DNA of 64,000 nt from an uncultured Gammaproteobacteria bacterium. GTDB lineage: Bacteria; Patescibacteriota; Patescibacteriia; Veblenbacterales; UBA10138. Of the stretch, positions 30,406 through 39,415 are shown one piece after another (positions within the stretch are counted from its first letter, which is position 1; each line of letters starts with the position of its first letter). The stretch is taken from positions 241,627 to 305,626 of the forward strand of contig CAYVOI010000001.1 of the NCBI GenBank assembly GCA_964453605.1, in the 5' to 3' direction. Made by a program: the position numbers and the translations under genes. The notes below the pieces were generated by a model. It made no database searches. It had not been told where the DNA came from and was given only the letters and a program-made list of their open reading frames with translations.

Positions 30406-30762
30406 ATGGACGTTTCAGCTAAACTCATGTTCTTTAGGGCCTCGCCCCGCAAGGTGAAGTTGGTGATAGACACCGTGCGCCGTATGCCTTTGGGTAAGGC
30501 TCTACAGCAGCTCAGCGTGCTGCCGCAGGCGGCAGCTAAGCCCGTGGCCAAGTTGCTCGCTTCGGCCGCCGCCAATGCTACTAATAACTTAAAGCTCGAT
30601 CGCAGCGCCTTGTGGGTGAAGCAGATTACCGTAGGCCAGGGTCCTCGGCTTAAGCGCTGGCGGCCACGGGCTATGGGTCGTGCTACACCTATACACCGCC
30701 CCACCTCGCACCTCAAGGTAGTCCTGAGCGACGAGAAGGCTAAGGTTATTCGGACGCGCTAA
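30406..30762 (+). CDS. rplV: 50S ribosomal protein L22
   Basis: SPRKV, LKRWRPRAMGRA. Confidence 0.96.
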   Translation: MDVSAKLMFFRASPRKVKLVIDTVRRMPLGKALQQLSVLPQAAAKPVAKLLASAAANATNNLKLDRSALWVKQITVGQGPRLKRWRPRAMGRATPIHRPTSHLKVVLSDEKAKVIRTR

Positions 30763-30773
30763 TTTATACACCT

Positions 30774-31460
30774 ATGGGTCACAAAGTTCATCCTAAAGTA
30801 TTCCGTCTCGGTACCGTCTACACCTGGAAGTCCAAGTGGGTCGGCCGTCGTGACTACCGCGAGCTGTTAGAAGCCGATGTCCGCCTGAGGCGTTGGCTCA
30901 AGAAAAAGCTCCGTGGTTCTTCTGTTTCGCAAATCGAGGTGGAGCGCGGTGCTTCAACGCTGACCGTTACCATCTACACGGCTAAACCAGGGTTGGTTAT
31001 CGGTCGTGGTGGCGCGCAGGTGGAAGAGCTGAAGAAAGAGCTTAAGGCCAAGTTCATGAAACCCGGACAGAACTTCCAACTCAATATTCAGGAAGTGGCT
31101 AACCCCATGATGTCGGCAGAAATTGTGGCTGAGAACATGGCCCTGGAGCTCGAGAAGCGCTTGCCATTTAGGCGCGTGATGAAACAGGCTATGGACCAGG
31201 TGATGAAGGCCGGGGCTTTAGGGGTCAAGGTTATGATCGGTGGGCGCCTGAACGGTTCAGAAATCGCCCGCAGCGAAAAACTCAGCATCGGTAAGGTGCC
31301 GCTCCACACCATTCGCGCCGAAGTGGACTACTCTCGCACCACTGCGCACATGACCTATGGGGTTTTGGGTGTGAAGGTCTGGATAAATCGCGGTGAGGTG
31401 TTTGCTCCCAGCCGTCCTATTACGGTCGCTCAGGTGCGCGCCGCTAGCCGTGATCGCTAA
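30774..31460 (+). CDS. rpsC: 30S ribosomal protein S3
   Basis: [25 protein letters not shown]. Confidence 0.97.
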   Translation: MGHKVHPKVFRLGTVYTWKSKWVGRRDYRELLEADVRLRRWLKKKLRGSSVSQIEVERGASTLTVTIYTAKPGLVIGRGGAQVEELKKELKAKFMKPGQNFQLNIQEVANPMMSAEIVAENMALELEKRLPFRRVMKQAMDQVMKAGALGVKVMIGGRLNGSEIARSEKLSIGKVPLHTIRAEVDYSRTTAHMTYGVLGVKVWINRGEVFAPSRPITVAQVRAASRDR

Positions 31461-31471
31461 GGAACACTTTT

Positions 31472-31888
31472 ATGTTGATACCGAAGAAAGTTAAATACCG
31501 TAAGACCCACCGGGGTGACCAGATCCGCGGGGTAGCACTTCGCAAAGCGACGTTAAGCTTTGGTAGCTTTGGCCTCAAAACCTTAGAAGCTGGTTGGATA
31601 ACCTCCCGCCAGATCGAGGCCGCCAGGCGCGCCATTACTGGCCACCTCCAGCGCCGGGGTAAAGTGTGGATCCGCATTTTCCCCGACAAGTCGGTAACGG
31701 TGAAGGGTAATGAAATTCGCATGGGCGGTGGTAAGGGCGCTGTGGACCACTACGTGGCTCCCGTGAAGCCCGGTACTGTGCTGTTTGAAATGGACGGCGT
31801 AACCCACGAGCTGGCGCGCGAAGCCCTAAGGCTCGCTGCCCACAAGATGCCCGTGAAGACCACTCTCATTAGCCGCCAGTCAGCCTAA
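31472..31888 (+). CDS. rplP: 50S ribosomal protein L16
   Basis: WIRIFPD, RMGGGKG. Confidence 0.97.
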   Translation: MLIPKKVKYRKTHRGDQIRGVALRKATLSFGSFGLKTLEAGWITSRQIEAARRAITGHLQRRGKVWIRIFPDKSVTVKGNEIRMGGGKGAVDHYVAPVKPGTVLFEMDGVTHELAREALRLAAHKMPVKTTLISRQSA

Positions 31889-31897
31889 ACCTTACCT

Positions 31898-32110
31898 ATG
31901 TCGAACCAGAAGTCCGAGCAGAAGAAACAGCTCTTTGCCCTCGAGGCGCCCCAAGCCACAGAGCAGCTTATGGCTGCCCGCCTGGAGCTGCAGAGTCTCC
32001 GCGCTAAGGCCGCTGGGTCAGACCTTAAGAACGTCCGCGCTATCCGTAAGGTTCGCACCACCATTGCCCGTTTAGCTACACGCCTCAAGCAGCTTCAAGC
32101 TACCAAGTAA
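31898..32110 (+). CDS. rpmC: 50S ribosomal protein L29
   Basis: IRKVRTTIARLAT; synteny. Confidence 0.9.
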   Translation: MSNQKSEQKKQLFALEAPQATEQLMAARLELQSLRAKAAGSDLKNVRAIRKVRTTIARLATRLKQLQATK

Positions 32111-32114
32111 CTCC

Positions 32115-32261
32115 TATGCCCAGCATGACAACTTTGCTAGAGCTCGCGGCCACGGCTAACACTACCACCCCTATGTACTCTACTGCTCATACAATTACCA
32201 TTAACGACTCGCAGCCAAGCTCGCTCCATTGGGGCCGAGCAAAGTTGCCAGCTCAGGTATG
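32115..32261 (+). repeat. Start-codon hairpin element, copy 4 (before rpsQ)
   Basis: TATGCCCAGCATGACAACTTTGCT...AGCAAAGTTGCCAGCTCAGGTATG. Confidence 0.92.
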
Positions 32262-32510
32262 ACTACCAAACCCATTAAACGTCAGCTCGAAGGTGAAGTA
32301 GTGTCCGACCGCGCCAACAAAACACGCGTGGTGTTGGTTTCTCGTGTGCAGGTGCACCCCAAGTACGGCAAACGGTTCCGCACCTCAGAGCGCTACCAGG
32401 CACACGACGAACAGAACACCTACAAGGTGGGGGACAGGGTAGTGATTGAGGAAACCCGGCCGTACTCCAGGACCAAGCGGTTCCGCATTATTTCAAAGGT
32501 TAAGGCGTAA
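32259..32510 (+). CDS. rpsQ: 30S ribosomal protein S17
   Basis: G.VVSD, HPKYGK, AHDE, ETRP.S.TKR. Confidence 0.97.
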   Translation: MTTKPIKRQLEGEVVSDRANKTRVVLVSRVQVHPKYGKRFRTSERYQAHDEQNTYKVGDRVVIEETRPYSRTKRFRIISKVKA

Positions 32511-32526
32511 TACTGTTTAGATCCCT

Positions 32527-32898
32527 ATGGTCCAACTCCGTTCCATGCTCAAAGTGGCCGACAACACTGGCGCCCGCAAGGTGCAGTGCATTAAGGTGTT
32601 AGGCGGCTACCAGAAGCGCTACGCTAAGCTCAGCGATATTATTACCGTGGTGGTGAAAGACGCTCAACCCCACGGCATGGTGAAGAAGAGCGACGTGCTC
32701 CACGCTGTGCTCGTACGCACACACAAAGAGTACCGCCGCCCCGACGGCTCCTACATTCGCTTTGACGACAACGCTGTGGTTATTATCGACAAGAAGACCA
32801 AAGAACCCAAAGGTACTCGCATCTTCGGCCCGGTGGCCAGGGAGCTCAGGGCCAAGGGTTTTCAGAAGATTATTTCCCTAGCGCCTGAAGTGCTGTAA
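32527..32898 (+). CDS. rplN: 50S ribosomal protein L14
   Basis: [24 protein letters not shown]. Confidence 0.98.
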   Translation: MVQLRSMLKVADNTGARKVQCIKVLGGYQKRYAKLSDIITVVVKDAQPHGMVKKSDVLHAVLVRTHKEYRRPDGSYIRFDDNAVVIIDKKTKEPKGTRIFGPVARELRAKGFQKIISLAPEVL

Positions 32899-32908
32899 CG
32901 CCCCGTTT

Positions 32909-33235
32909 ATGAACCTCAAGGTAAAAAAGAACGACACCGTAGTAGTTATCTCTGGCCGTGATAAGGGCAAGCAGGGTAAGGTTACCCAGGTGTTCCCGCG
33001 TGAGGCCATGGTAGTGGCTGAAGGTATCAACCTCCGGGTGAAACACCTCAAGGCTCGCTCGGGCAGCCAGAGTGGCAACAAGGTGCAGTACGCTGCCCCA
33101 ATCAGTGCCGCCAAGGTTATGGTGGTCTGCCCCCAGTGCTCTAAACCTACGCGCGTGAGGATGCTGAAAGCCGAAGACGGTCGGATAATCCGGAGCTGCC
33201 ACCGCTGCCAGCAACCACTAACGAGCGCTGCCTAA
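32909..33235 (+). CDS. rplX: 50S ribosomal protein L24
   Basis: KOW motif VISGRDKGKQG. Confidence 0.96.
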   Translation: MNLKVKKNDTVVVISGRDKGKQGKVTQVFPREAMVVAEGINLRVKHLKARSGSQSGNKVQYAAPISAAKVMVVCPQCSKPTRVRMLKAEDGRIIRSCHRCQQPLTSAA

Positions 33236-33245
33236 CTGTTGCCTT

Positions 33246-33806
33246 ATGACTACGAAACAGGTTGATCTCAAAGCCGAATACCAGAGTAAGGTTGTGCCTC
33301 AGCTCAAGCAAGAGTTTGGCTACAAGAACACCATGGCCGTGCCGAAGCTCCTTAAGGTGAGCCTCAACGTTGGCTTTGGCCAAGTGGCGCGCGACCCAAA
33401 GCTCCAAGAAGTGGCGGTTAAGACTTTAGGTCGCATCACCGGCCAAAAGCCAGTGGTCACGCTGGCCCGTAAATCCATTTCCAATTTCAAAATCCGCCAG
33501 GGTATGCCGGTCGGGGCCATGGTAACACTCAGGGGCAAACGCATGTACGACTTTTTAACTAAGCTTACCCGTGTGGCGTTGCCTCGCGTGAGGGACTTCC
33601 GCGGCTTGCCGCCCAATTCAGTTGATGCCCGGGGTAACCTCTCCATTGGTTTCCGTGAGCACACGGTGTTCCCCGAAATCCGTGCTGACGAGTTGGAAGG
33701 TTTGCACGGCCTAGAAGTTTCCATTTCAACCACGGCCGGCAGCAAAAACCCTGGTAAGCGGCTGTTTGAACTCCTCGGTTTCCCTTTTAGCCAACCCAAC
33801 GCCTAA
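33246..33806 (+). CDS. rplE: 50S ribosomal protein L5
   Basis: [23 protein letters not shown]. Confidence 0.97.
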   Translation: MTTKQVDLKAEYQSKVVPQLKQEFGYKNTMAVPKLLKVSLNVGFGQVARDPKLQEVAVKTLGRITGQKPVVTLARKSISNFKIRQGMPVGAMVTLRGKRMYDFLTKLTRVALPRVRDFRGLPPNSVDARGNLSIGFREHTVFPEIRADELEGLHGLEVSISTTAGSKNPGKRLFELLGFPFSQPNA

Positions 33807-33811
33807 GTTGT

Positions 33812-34006
33812 ATGTCTACTACTGCTCAAGAGAACAAATCACGCGCCTCCCTCACGAACCCGAAGTACTCCACGCGCATCGTGCGTCGGTGTTGGCGCTG
33901 TGGCCGTAAGCACGGCTACATGCGGAAGTTCAACCTCTGCCGTATTTGTTTCCGGGAACTCGCGAACAACGGTGAAATTCCAGGCATTACCAAGGCCAGC
34001 TGGTAG
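33812..34006 (+). CDS. rpsN: 30S ribosomal protein S14, zinc-binding type
   Basis: RCWRCGR...LCRICFRE...PG..KASW. Confidence 0.96.
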   Translation: MSTTAQENKSRASLTNPKYSTRIVRRCWRCGRKHGYMRKFNLCRICFRELANNGEIPGITKASW

Positions 34007-34023
34007 CCCAACTTTCCACTCCT

Positions 34024-34410
34024 ATGACAGACCCCATTAGCGACATGCTCACACGTATCAGGAACGCTATCCTCGTGAAAAAGCCCGAGGTGGTGGTGCC
34101 GTACTCCAGGCTCAAAGCTAACTTGGCACAGATTTTGGTGCACGAAGGGTACCTCGAGTCGGTGAGCGAGGTAGAGGCTCCGTTCCGCTCCCTGAAGCTC
34201 AAACTCTCCTACCAAGCTGGTCAGTCAGCCATCCGGAATTTGAAGCGCGTTTCCACCCCAGGCCGCAGAACGTACGCCAAGGCGCCTGAGCTGCCACGCG
34301 TGCTCTCTGGACTTGGTATTGCCATTATTTCTACCTCCCAAGGCCTCATGACGAACCGCGATGCCCGAGCCAAGAAGCTTGGTGGTGAGGTTATTTGCGA
34401 AATCTACTAG
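34024..34410 (+). CDS. rpsH: 30S ribosomal protein S8
   Basis: MTDPISDMLTRIRN, STSQG, GGEVIC. Confidence 0.97.
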   Translation: MTDPISDMLTRIRNAILVKKPEVVVPYSRLKANLAQILVHEGYLESVSEVEAPFRSLKLKLSYQAGQSAIRNLKRVSTPGRRTYAKAPELPRVLSGLGIAIISTSQGLMTNRDARAKKLGGEVICEIY

Positions 34411-34557
34411 TATGCCCGGCATGACAACTTCGCTGGAGCTCGCGGCCGCAGTATTCAGTAACACTACTATGTACAATACTTCTGTCATTCGTATTACCAT
34501 TAACACGCAGCCTGGCTCGCTCCCAAGCGGACGAGCGAAGTTGCTAGCCCAGGTATG
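34411..34557 (+). repeat. Start-codon hairpin element, copy 5 (before rplF)
   Basis: TATGCCCGGCATGACAACTTCGCT...AGCGAAGTTGCTAGCCCAGGTATG; abuts the rpsH stop. Confidence 0.93.
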
Positions 34558-35109
34558 TCACGCTTAGGTAAGCTCCCCATCACCATACCCTCCGGCGTTC
34601 AGGTAACGCCTAAAGAAACCGAGGTCGCCTTCAAAGGCCCTAAGGGTGAGTTTGTGCAAGCTCTGCCGCCACAGGTTAAGGTTGCCCTGGAAGGCACCAC
34701 CTTGACCGTGCTCGCTCCAGCCTCAGATTCAAGCGAGGCCAGGGCGCTGTGGGGCCTGGCTCGGCAGCTCCTCCAGAATGCGGTTACCGGTGTGGCTCAA
34801 GGCTTTACCAAAAAGCTTGAGCTCTCGGGTATTGGGTTTAAGGCTGCAGTAGAGGGTAAAGACCTCGTGCTTAACCTTGGCTTTTCTCACCCGGTCCGCT
34901 TTGCGGTGCCCCAGGGCGTTGCTATCACCGTGGAAAAGAACAACCTCATCACCGTTACCGGCGCTTCTAAGCAGCAGGTGGGGCAGGTAGCCGCAGAAAT
35001 TCGTTCACTCAAGAAGCCAGAGCCCTACAAGGGTAAGGGCATTAAGTACGCCGATGAGACCATTCGCCGCAAGGCTGGTAAGGTCGTTAAGGCCGCTGGC
35101 GCAAAGTAA
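34555..35109 (+). CDS. rplF: 50S ribosomal protein L6
   Basis: MSRLGK, LGFSHP, PEPYKGKGI. Confidence 0.97.
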   Translation: MSRLGKLPITIPSGVQVTPKETEVAFKGPKGEFVQALPPQVKVALEGTTLTVLAPASDSSEARALWGLARQLLQNAVTGVAQGFTKKLELSGIGFKAAVEGKDLVLNLGFSHPVRFAVPQGVAITVEKNNLITVTGASKQQVGQVAAEIRSLKKPEPYKGKGIKYADETIRRKAGKVVKAAGAK

Positions 35110-35114
35110 CCACC

Positions 35115-35260
35115 TATGCCCAGCATGACAACTTCGCTAGCGCTCCTACCAACCACTATGTGCCAGAACCTTATGCTTCGTACACAGACCTTATTCACTA
35201 ACCACCAACTTACTCCCACTCGCGCTTGGGTGGTTGAGCGAAGTTGCTCTGCCGGGTATG
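35115..35260 (+). repeat. Start-codon hairpin element, copy 6 (before rplR)
   Basis: Identical by eye to copy 3. Confidence 0.95.
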
Positions 35261-35614
35261 CCTAAGTCTATTCTCAAACCACGTACCATTCGCCACCGCC
35301 GTCTGCGTTCGCACTTGGCGGGCACAGCAAAGCGGCCACGCCTAGCTGTTTGGCGGAGCCTCCGGCGCATTACTGCCCAGCTCATTAACGACGACACTCG
35401 CCGTACGCTCGCTGCGGCTTCAAGCCAAGAGCTCACGGGCGCGGCCAAGAAGGCTAAGCCGGTGGAGCAAGCTATGGCAGTAGGGAAGATGATCGCCGAG
35501 CGCGCTAAGGCCAAAGGTGTCACAACGGTGGTGTTTGACCGCGGTGGCCAGGCGTACCACGGCCGCGTAAAGGCGCTAGCTCAGGGTGCGCGTGAGGGCG
35601 GTTTACAGTTCTAA
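35258..35614 (+). CDS. rplR: 50S ribosomal protein L18
   Basis: RPRL.V.RS, VFDRGG..YHGRV. Confidence 0.97.
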   Translation: MPKSILKPRTIRHRRLRSHLAGTAKRPRLAVWRSLRRITAQLINDDTRRTLAAASSQELTGAAKKAKPVEQAMAVGKMIAERAKAKGVTTVVFDRGGQAYHGRVKALAQGAREGGLQF

Positions 35615-35628
35615 CACATTATATTCGT

Positions 35629-36171
35629 ATGCCACAGAACATGGGACAACAGCGAGGTAGGGGTCAGGGCGCGGGCGGCCGCGGTGGTTTTGGTGGTCGC
35701 GGTGGCCGTGGGCCACGCCGTGACCGGGTGGAGGATGAGTTTGACCAGCGCGTTGTAGAGCTAGCACGCGTCACCCGCGTGATGGCCGGTGGTAAGCGCA
35801 TGCGCTTTAGGGCCTTGGTGGTTTTGGGCAACAAAAAGGGCCGTGTCGGCGTTGGTTTGGCTAAGGGAGCTGACGTGAGCCTCGCCGTCGAGAAGGCCGC
35901 TACTAAAGCCCGCAAGAGTCTGGTGCAAGTGCCCCTGAAAGAGGGTACGTTCCCGCACGAAATTACGGTTAAGTACAAGAGCGCTCGCGTGATGTTGAAA
36001 CCAGCCAGGGTTGGTACGGGTATTATCGCCGGCGGCCCGGTACGTGTGGTGCTAGAAATGGCGGGTGTGCCGAACGTGGTCAGCAAGACGTTGGGTTCCC
36101 CCAATAAGATTAACAACATTCGGGCTGTGTTTAAGGCCTTCTCGCAGATGAAGCCTATTAAGGCCGCCTAA
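35629..36171 (+). CDS. rpsE: 30S ribosomal protein S5
   Basis: RVTRV.AGG, GTGIIAGG. Confidence 0.97.
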   Translation: MPQNMGQQRGRGQGAGGRGGFGGRGGRGPRRDRVEDEFDQRVVELARVTRVMAGGKRMRFRALVVLGNKKGRVGVGLAKGADVSLAVEKAATKARKSLVQVPLKEGTFPHEITVKYKSARVMLKPARVGTGIIAGGPVRVVLEMAGVPNVVSKTLGSPNKINNIRAVFKAFSQMKPIKAA

Positions 36172-36174
36172 CCC

Positions 36175-36324
36175 TATGCCCGGCATGACAACTTCGCTGG
36201 AGCTCGCTTCGGCCACGGCAGGTAAAGAAATTCTTATGCTCTATAAGTTAAACTTCAGTACTACCATTAATATGCAGCTCCGCTCGCTCCCTAGTGGCCG
36301 AGCGAAGTTGCTCTGCTAGGTATG
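36175..36324 (+). repeat. Start-codon hairpin element, copy 7 (before rplO)
   Basis: TATGCCCGGCATGACAACTTCGCT...AGCGAAGTTGCTCTGCTAGGTATG. Confidence 0.93.
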
Positions 36325-36807
36325 TCACTTACCCTCCAAAACCTCAAACCCGCTCACGGGTCGCAACGCAACCGCAAGCGCTTGGGCCGAGGTAACGCCT
36401 CAGGCCATGGTGCCTACTCTACCCGCGGTATCAAGGGTCAGCGCGCTCGCCAAGGCGGGCGTAAGGGCTTAACCCAGCTGGGGGCCAAGCACTTTATTTC
36501 CCACCTGCCCAAAGTTCGCGGGTTCCAGAGCTTTAAGGCTAAACCCCAGGTGGTAAACATTGCCGACCTTACCAAGGTTACCCCCGATAGCACTGTGGAC
36601 GCCCGCGTGTTGGTAAGTTTAGGCTTGATTCGCGACCACCGTGTGGCGGTAAAACTCATTGGCAGTGCTAAGTTGCCCAAGCTCACCATTACCGTACAGG
36701 CAGCTACCGAGGGTGTGCGCGCAGCCGTGGCGGCCGCTGGTGGCACGCTGGAGCTTAAACCCCTTGCCGCCACCACTAAGACTGCTACAGTTACTTCAGC
36801 GGAGTAG
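36322..36807 (+). CDS. rplO: 50S ribosomal protein L15
   Basis: RLGRG..SG.G....RG.KGQ.AR. Confidence 0.95.
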   Translation: MSLTLQNLKPAHGSQRNRKRLGRGNASGHGAYSTRGIKGQRARQGGRKGLTQLGAKHFISHLPKVRGFQSFKAKPQVVNIADLTKVTPDSTVDARVLVSLGLIRDHRVAVKLIGSAKLPKLTITVQAATEGVRAAVAAAGGTLELKPLAATTKTATVTSAE

Positions 36808-36829
36808 ACTTTCGCCTTCAACCTGAATT

Positions 36830-38107
36830 ATGTGGGCCAAGCTTGAGCAGATAGTAAAAACGCCTGACCTGAGGAACAACCTGTTCTTCGTGCTCGGGTG
36901 TTTAGTGGTGTTCCGCCTGGCGGCTCACCTGCCCATACCAGGCGTGAACCCCATAGCGCTTAGGAACTTTTTTGGTTCGAGCCAGCTCCTGGGGTTGTTG
37001 AACCTCTTCTCGGGCGGGGGCTTACAGAACTTCTCGGTGGTTATGTTGGGTGTGGGGCCCTACATTACCGCGTCCATCATCATGCAGCTCCTCACTATGA
37101 TCGTGCCGCGCCTAGAGGAGATTTCCAAAGACGGTGAAGCTGGCCAGCAGCGCATCAACCAGTACACGCGCTGGCTCACCGTGCCCCTAGCTGCTCTCCA
37201 AGCCTATAGCTTCATCGTGCTCCTTAAGAACCAGGGCGGTGGGCAGATTATCGGGAGCCTGACCCCGTGGCAACTTGGCACCAGCATTGTTACCATCACT
37301 GCCGGTACCATATTCCTCATGTGGCTGGGGGAGCTTATTTCCGAACGCAAAGTGGGGAACGGCGTTTCGCTCATTATTTTTGCCGGCATTGTGGCTACCA
37401 TCCCCACGCACCTGGAGCAGGCTCTGGCGACCTACGACTCGTCCCAGCTCCCGAGCCTTATCGTGTTTATGGCGGTGGCGCTCATTACTGTTATTAGCGT
37501 AGTCGTAGTCACTGAAGCCCAGCGCAACATTCCCGTAACCTACGCTCGCATGGTCAAGGGCCCCCGTACCTACGGCGGCGCCACCACCTTCTTGCCGCTC
37601 AGGTTGCTTCAGGCCGGTGTTATCCCCATCATCTTCGCCATCTCTGTCATACTGTTCCCGCCTATGGTGGCAAACTTTTTGGTAAAGTCGCAGGCGGCCT
37701 GGCTCGCCAGCGCTGCCCAGTACACCATTACCTTGTTCCAAAATCAGACGTTCTACGCCATTGCCTACTTTGTGCTCGTCTTTGGCTTTACCTACTTCTA
37801 CACAGCGGTCATTTTCAAACCTGATCAAATTGCCGAGAATTTGCAGAAGCAAGGCGGCTTTATCCCAGGGATACGGCCGGGGGGGAGTACCACTGAGTAC
37901 CTGGGACAGGTTATGAACCGTATTATTTTCCCTGGTGCCTTGTTCCTCGGGCTCATTGCCGTGCTCCCCTTGGTTATGCGTGGCGCTACCGGCAGCCAGC
38001 TCCTCGTTATTGGTGGCACCTCGCTCCTTATCGTGGTGTCGGTAGTCATTGAAACCGTGCGGCAGATAAACGCGCAACTTGTAATGCGCGACTACGACGA
38101 GCTGTAG
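36830..38107 (+). CDS. secY: Preprotein translocase subunit SecY
   Basis: GV.PYITASII.QLL, GNGVSLIIF, IPGIRPG, GGTSLLIVV. Confidence 0.98.
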   Translation: MWAKLEQIVKTPDLRNNLFFVLGCLVVFRLAAHLPIPGVNPIALRNFFGSSQLLGLLNLFSGGGLQNFSVVMLGVGPYITASIIMQLLTMIVPRLEEISKDGEAGQQRINQYTRWLTVPLAALQAYSFIVLLKNQGGGQIIGSLTPWQLGTSIVTITAGTIFLMWLGELISERKVGNGVSLIIFAGIVATIPTHLEQALATYDSSQLPSLIVFMAVALITVISVVVVTEAQRNIPVTYARMVKGPRTYGGATTFLPLRLLQAGVIPIIFAISVILFPPMVANFLVKSQAAWLASAAQYTITLFQNQTFYAIAYFVLVFGFTYFYTAVIFKPDQIAENLQKQGGFIPGIRPGGSTTEYLGQVMNRIIFPGALFLGLIAVLPLVMRGATGSQLLVIGGTSLLIVVSVVIETVRQINAQLVMRDYDEL

Positions 38108-38189
38108 GTTGTTGCCATTTTCGACCACGAAATCCTTGGCTAACGCCAAGGATTTTTTGTTTATTGTTCTACAGTCTGTTCCACAACCC

Positions 38190-38218
38190 TTGACTTTTTG
38201 GCGGTTTTGGACTATGTT
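38190..38218 (+). promoter_or_regulatory. Sigma70-type promoter
   Basis: TTGACT-17 nt-TATGTT upstream of structured RNA copy 2. Confidence 0.55.
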
Positions 38219-38233
38219 TAATAGTTCTTTAAT

Positions 38234-38479
38234 AATGGCTGCTTCGTCAGCCACCCCGACAGTCATCGGGGTGAGCGCGGAGCGCTCAATAGCTCATTCG
38301 CACCCTCCTGCAGGGAGCCCCAAACTACGTAACGAGTTCGGGGTGGAGGAACAGGCGGTACGTAACTGCTTAGGGTTGGAGTAGTCTGGCCTTGGGCAGA
38401 TGGCGTACTGCTGGTACACCAGCCTTCGGGCATAAGGTGTGCCAGTTCACCTTCAGGATGGTGCGGGTGAGTAATTAAC
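38234..38479 (+). ncRNA. Structured RNA motif, copy 2 (unidentified)
   Basis: Colinear and covarying with 12002-12237. Confidence 0.65.
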
Positions 38480-38513
38480 TATTGAAATAAAATAAACAGA
38501 AAGGAAAAACAAA

Positions 38514-38681
38514 GTGAAAGCCAAATTTATTATTGGGGTGATTCTCTTCACTGCGGGGGTCGTCTTGAACCTCTACCATCGTATTAGCACTGGGGAATGG
38601 GCCGATTACAATGTACTGTTACTTATGGGCATTGGTATCATGCTCATCAGCATAGGCAATAAAATTTTCAAATTGAAGTAA
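38514..38681 (+). CDS. Small two-TM membrane protein (55 aa)
   Basis: Manual translation MKAKFIIGVILFTAGVVLNLYH...LLLMGIGIMLISIGNKIFKLK; GTG start with AAGGA upstream. Confidence 0.6.
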   Translation: MKAKFIIGVILFTAGVVLNLYHRISTGEWADYNVLLLMGIGIMLISIGNKIFKLK

Positions 38682-38777
38682 TAATTTGTGCCTAAGCGGG
38701 TGAATAGATTTAAAGAAGGTCACAGAACATCGTGGCCTTCTTTTTATTTTCCAGTCAAGTAAGGTAAACTGTACTGT

Positions 38778-39410
38778 ATGGTAAATCGGTTTACATTATT
38801 AGGCCCCCAGGGGTCAGGGAAGGGCACGCAGGCCAAGGTTCTAGCAGAACGCTTGGGCGTGCCGCATATTTCTACTGGTGACATGTTCCGCGATAACATC
38901 GCCCGTGGTACTTCCTTAGGCCTTAGGGCCAAGGAGCTTATTGAGCATGGTACCCTGGTGCCCGACGACCTCACCAATGCACTGGTGGAAGAGCGCCTCA
39001 AACAGCCTGATGCCCGGAACGGTTTTGTGCTGGACGGGTTCCCTCGGAACATGGCGCAAGCTGAGTTTTTGACGAAACTCCAGCCTGAGGTTCGCGCTAT
39101 TAACCTTGAGCTCTCAGATGATGAAGCGGTTAAGCGCATCGCTGGCCGCAGGACCTGTGAGCAGTGCGGGGCTATTTTTCACCTTGAGTTCAATCCGCCA
39201 AAGGTGCAGGGAGTTTGTGACAAGTGCGGCGGTAAGCTGGTGGAACGCTCAGACGATACCGAAAGCTCCGTTCGGCGTAGGCTTAAGGACTACCACACCG
39301 CTACCGAGCCGCTACTCGAGTACTACCGCAGTCACGGCGCCCTAACTTCGGTGAACGGCGCTCCCGCTATTTCTGAAGTTACTAAGCTTATCGAGCAGGC
39401 GGTGGGGTAG
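38778..39410 (+). CDS. adk: Adenylate kinase
   Basis: GPQGSGKGTQ, HISTGD, LDGFPR, Zn lid. Confidence 0.97.
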   Translation: MVNRFTLLGPQGSGKGTQAKVLAERLGVPHISTGDMFRDNIARGTSLGLRAKELIEHGTLVPDDLTNALVEERLKQPDARNGFVLDGFPRNMAQAEFLTKLQPEVRAINLELSDDEAVKRIAGRRTCEQCGAIFHLEFNPPKVQGVCDKCGGKLVERSDDTESSVRRRLKDYHTATEPLLEYYRSHGALTSVNGAPAISEVTKLIEQAVG

Positions 39411-39415
39411 CAGCG

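Noticed and set aside
36172-36321. Absence of rpmD (L30) as a novelty
   Set aside because: Loss of L30 is an established CPR trait; the uORF here is element-derived and not L30-like.
20857-36324. CRISPR array or REP/BIME interpretation of the repeats
   Set aside because: Copies are dispersed singly at start codons rather than tandem with spacers; no cas genes or RAYT transposase in the window.
37187-38266. 359-aa antisense ORF over secY (and similar ones over fusA, tuf, clpC)
   Set aside because: Shadow ORFs opposite conserved genes, expected from codon bias; no motifs.
38109-38384. 91-aa ORF after secY
   Set aside because: TTG start, crosses a terminator-like hairpin, promoter and the covarying RNA motif; RNA structure explains the region better.
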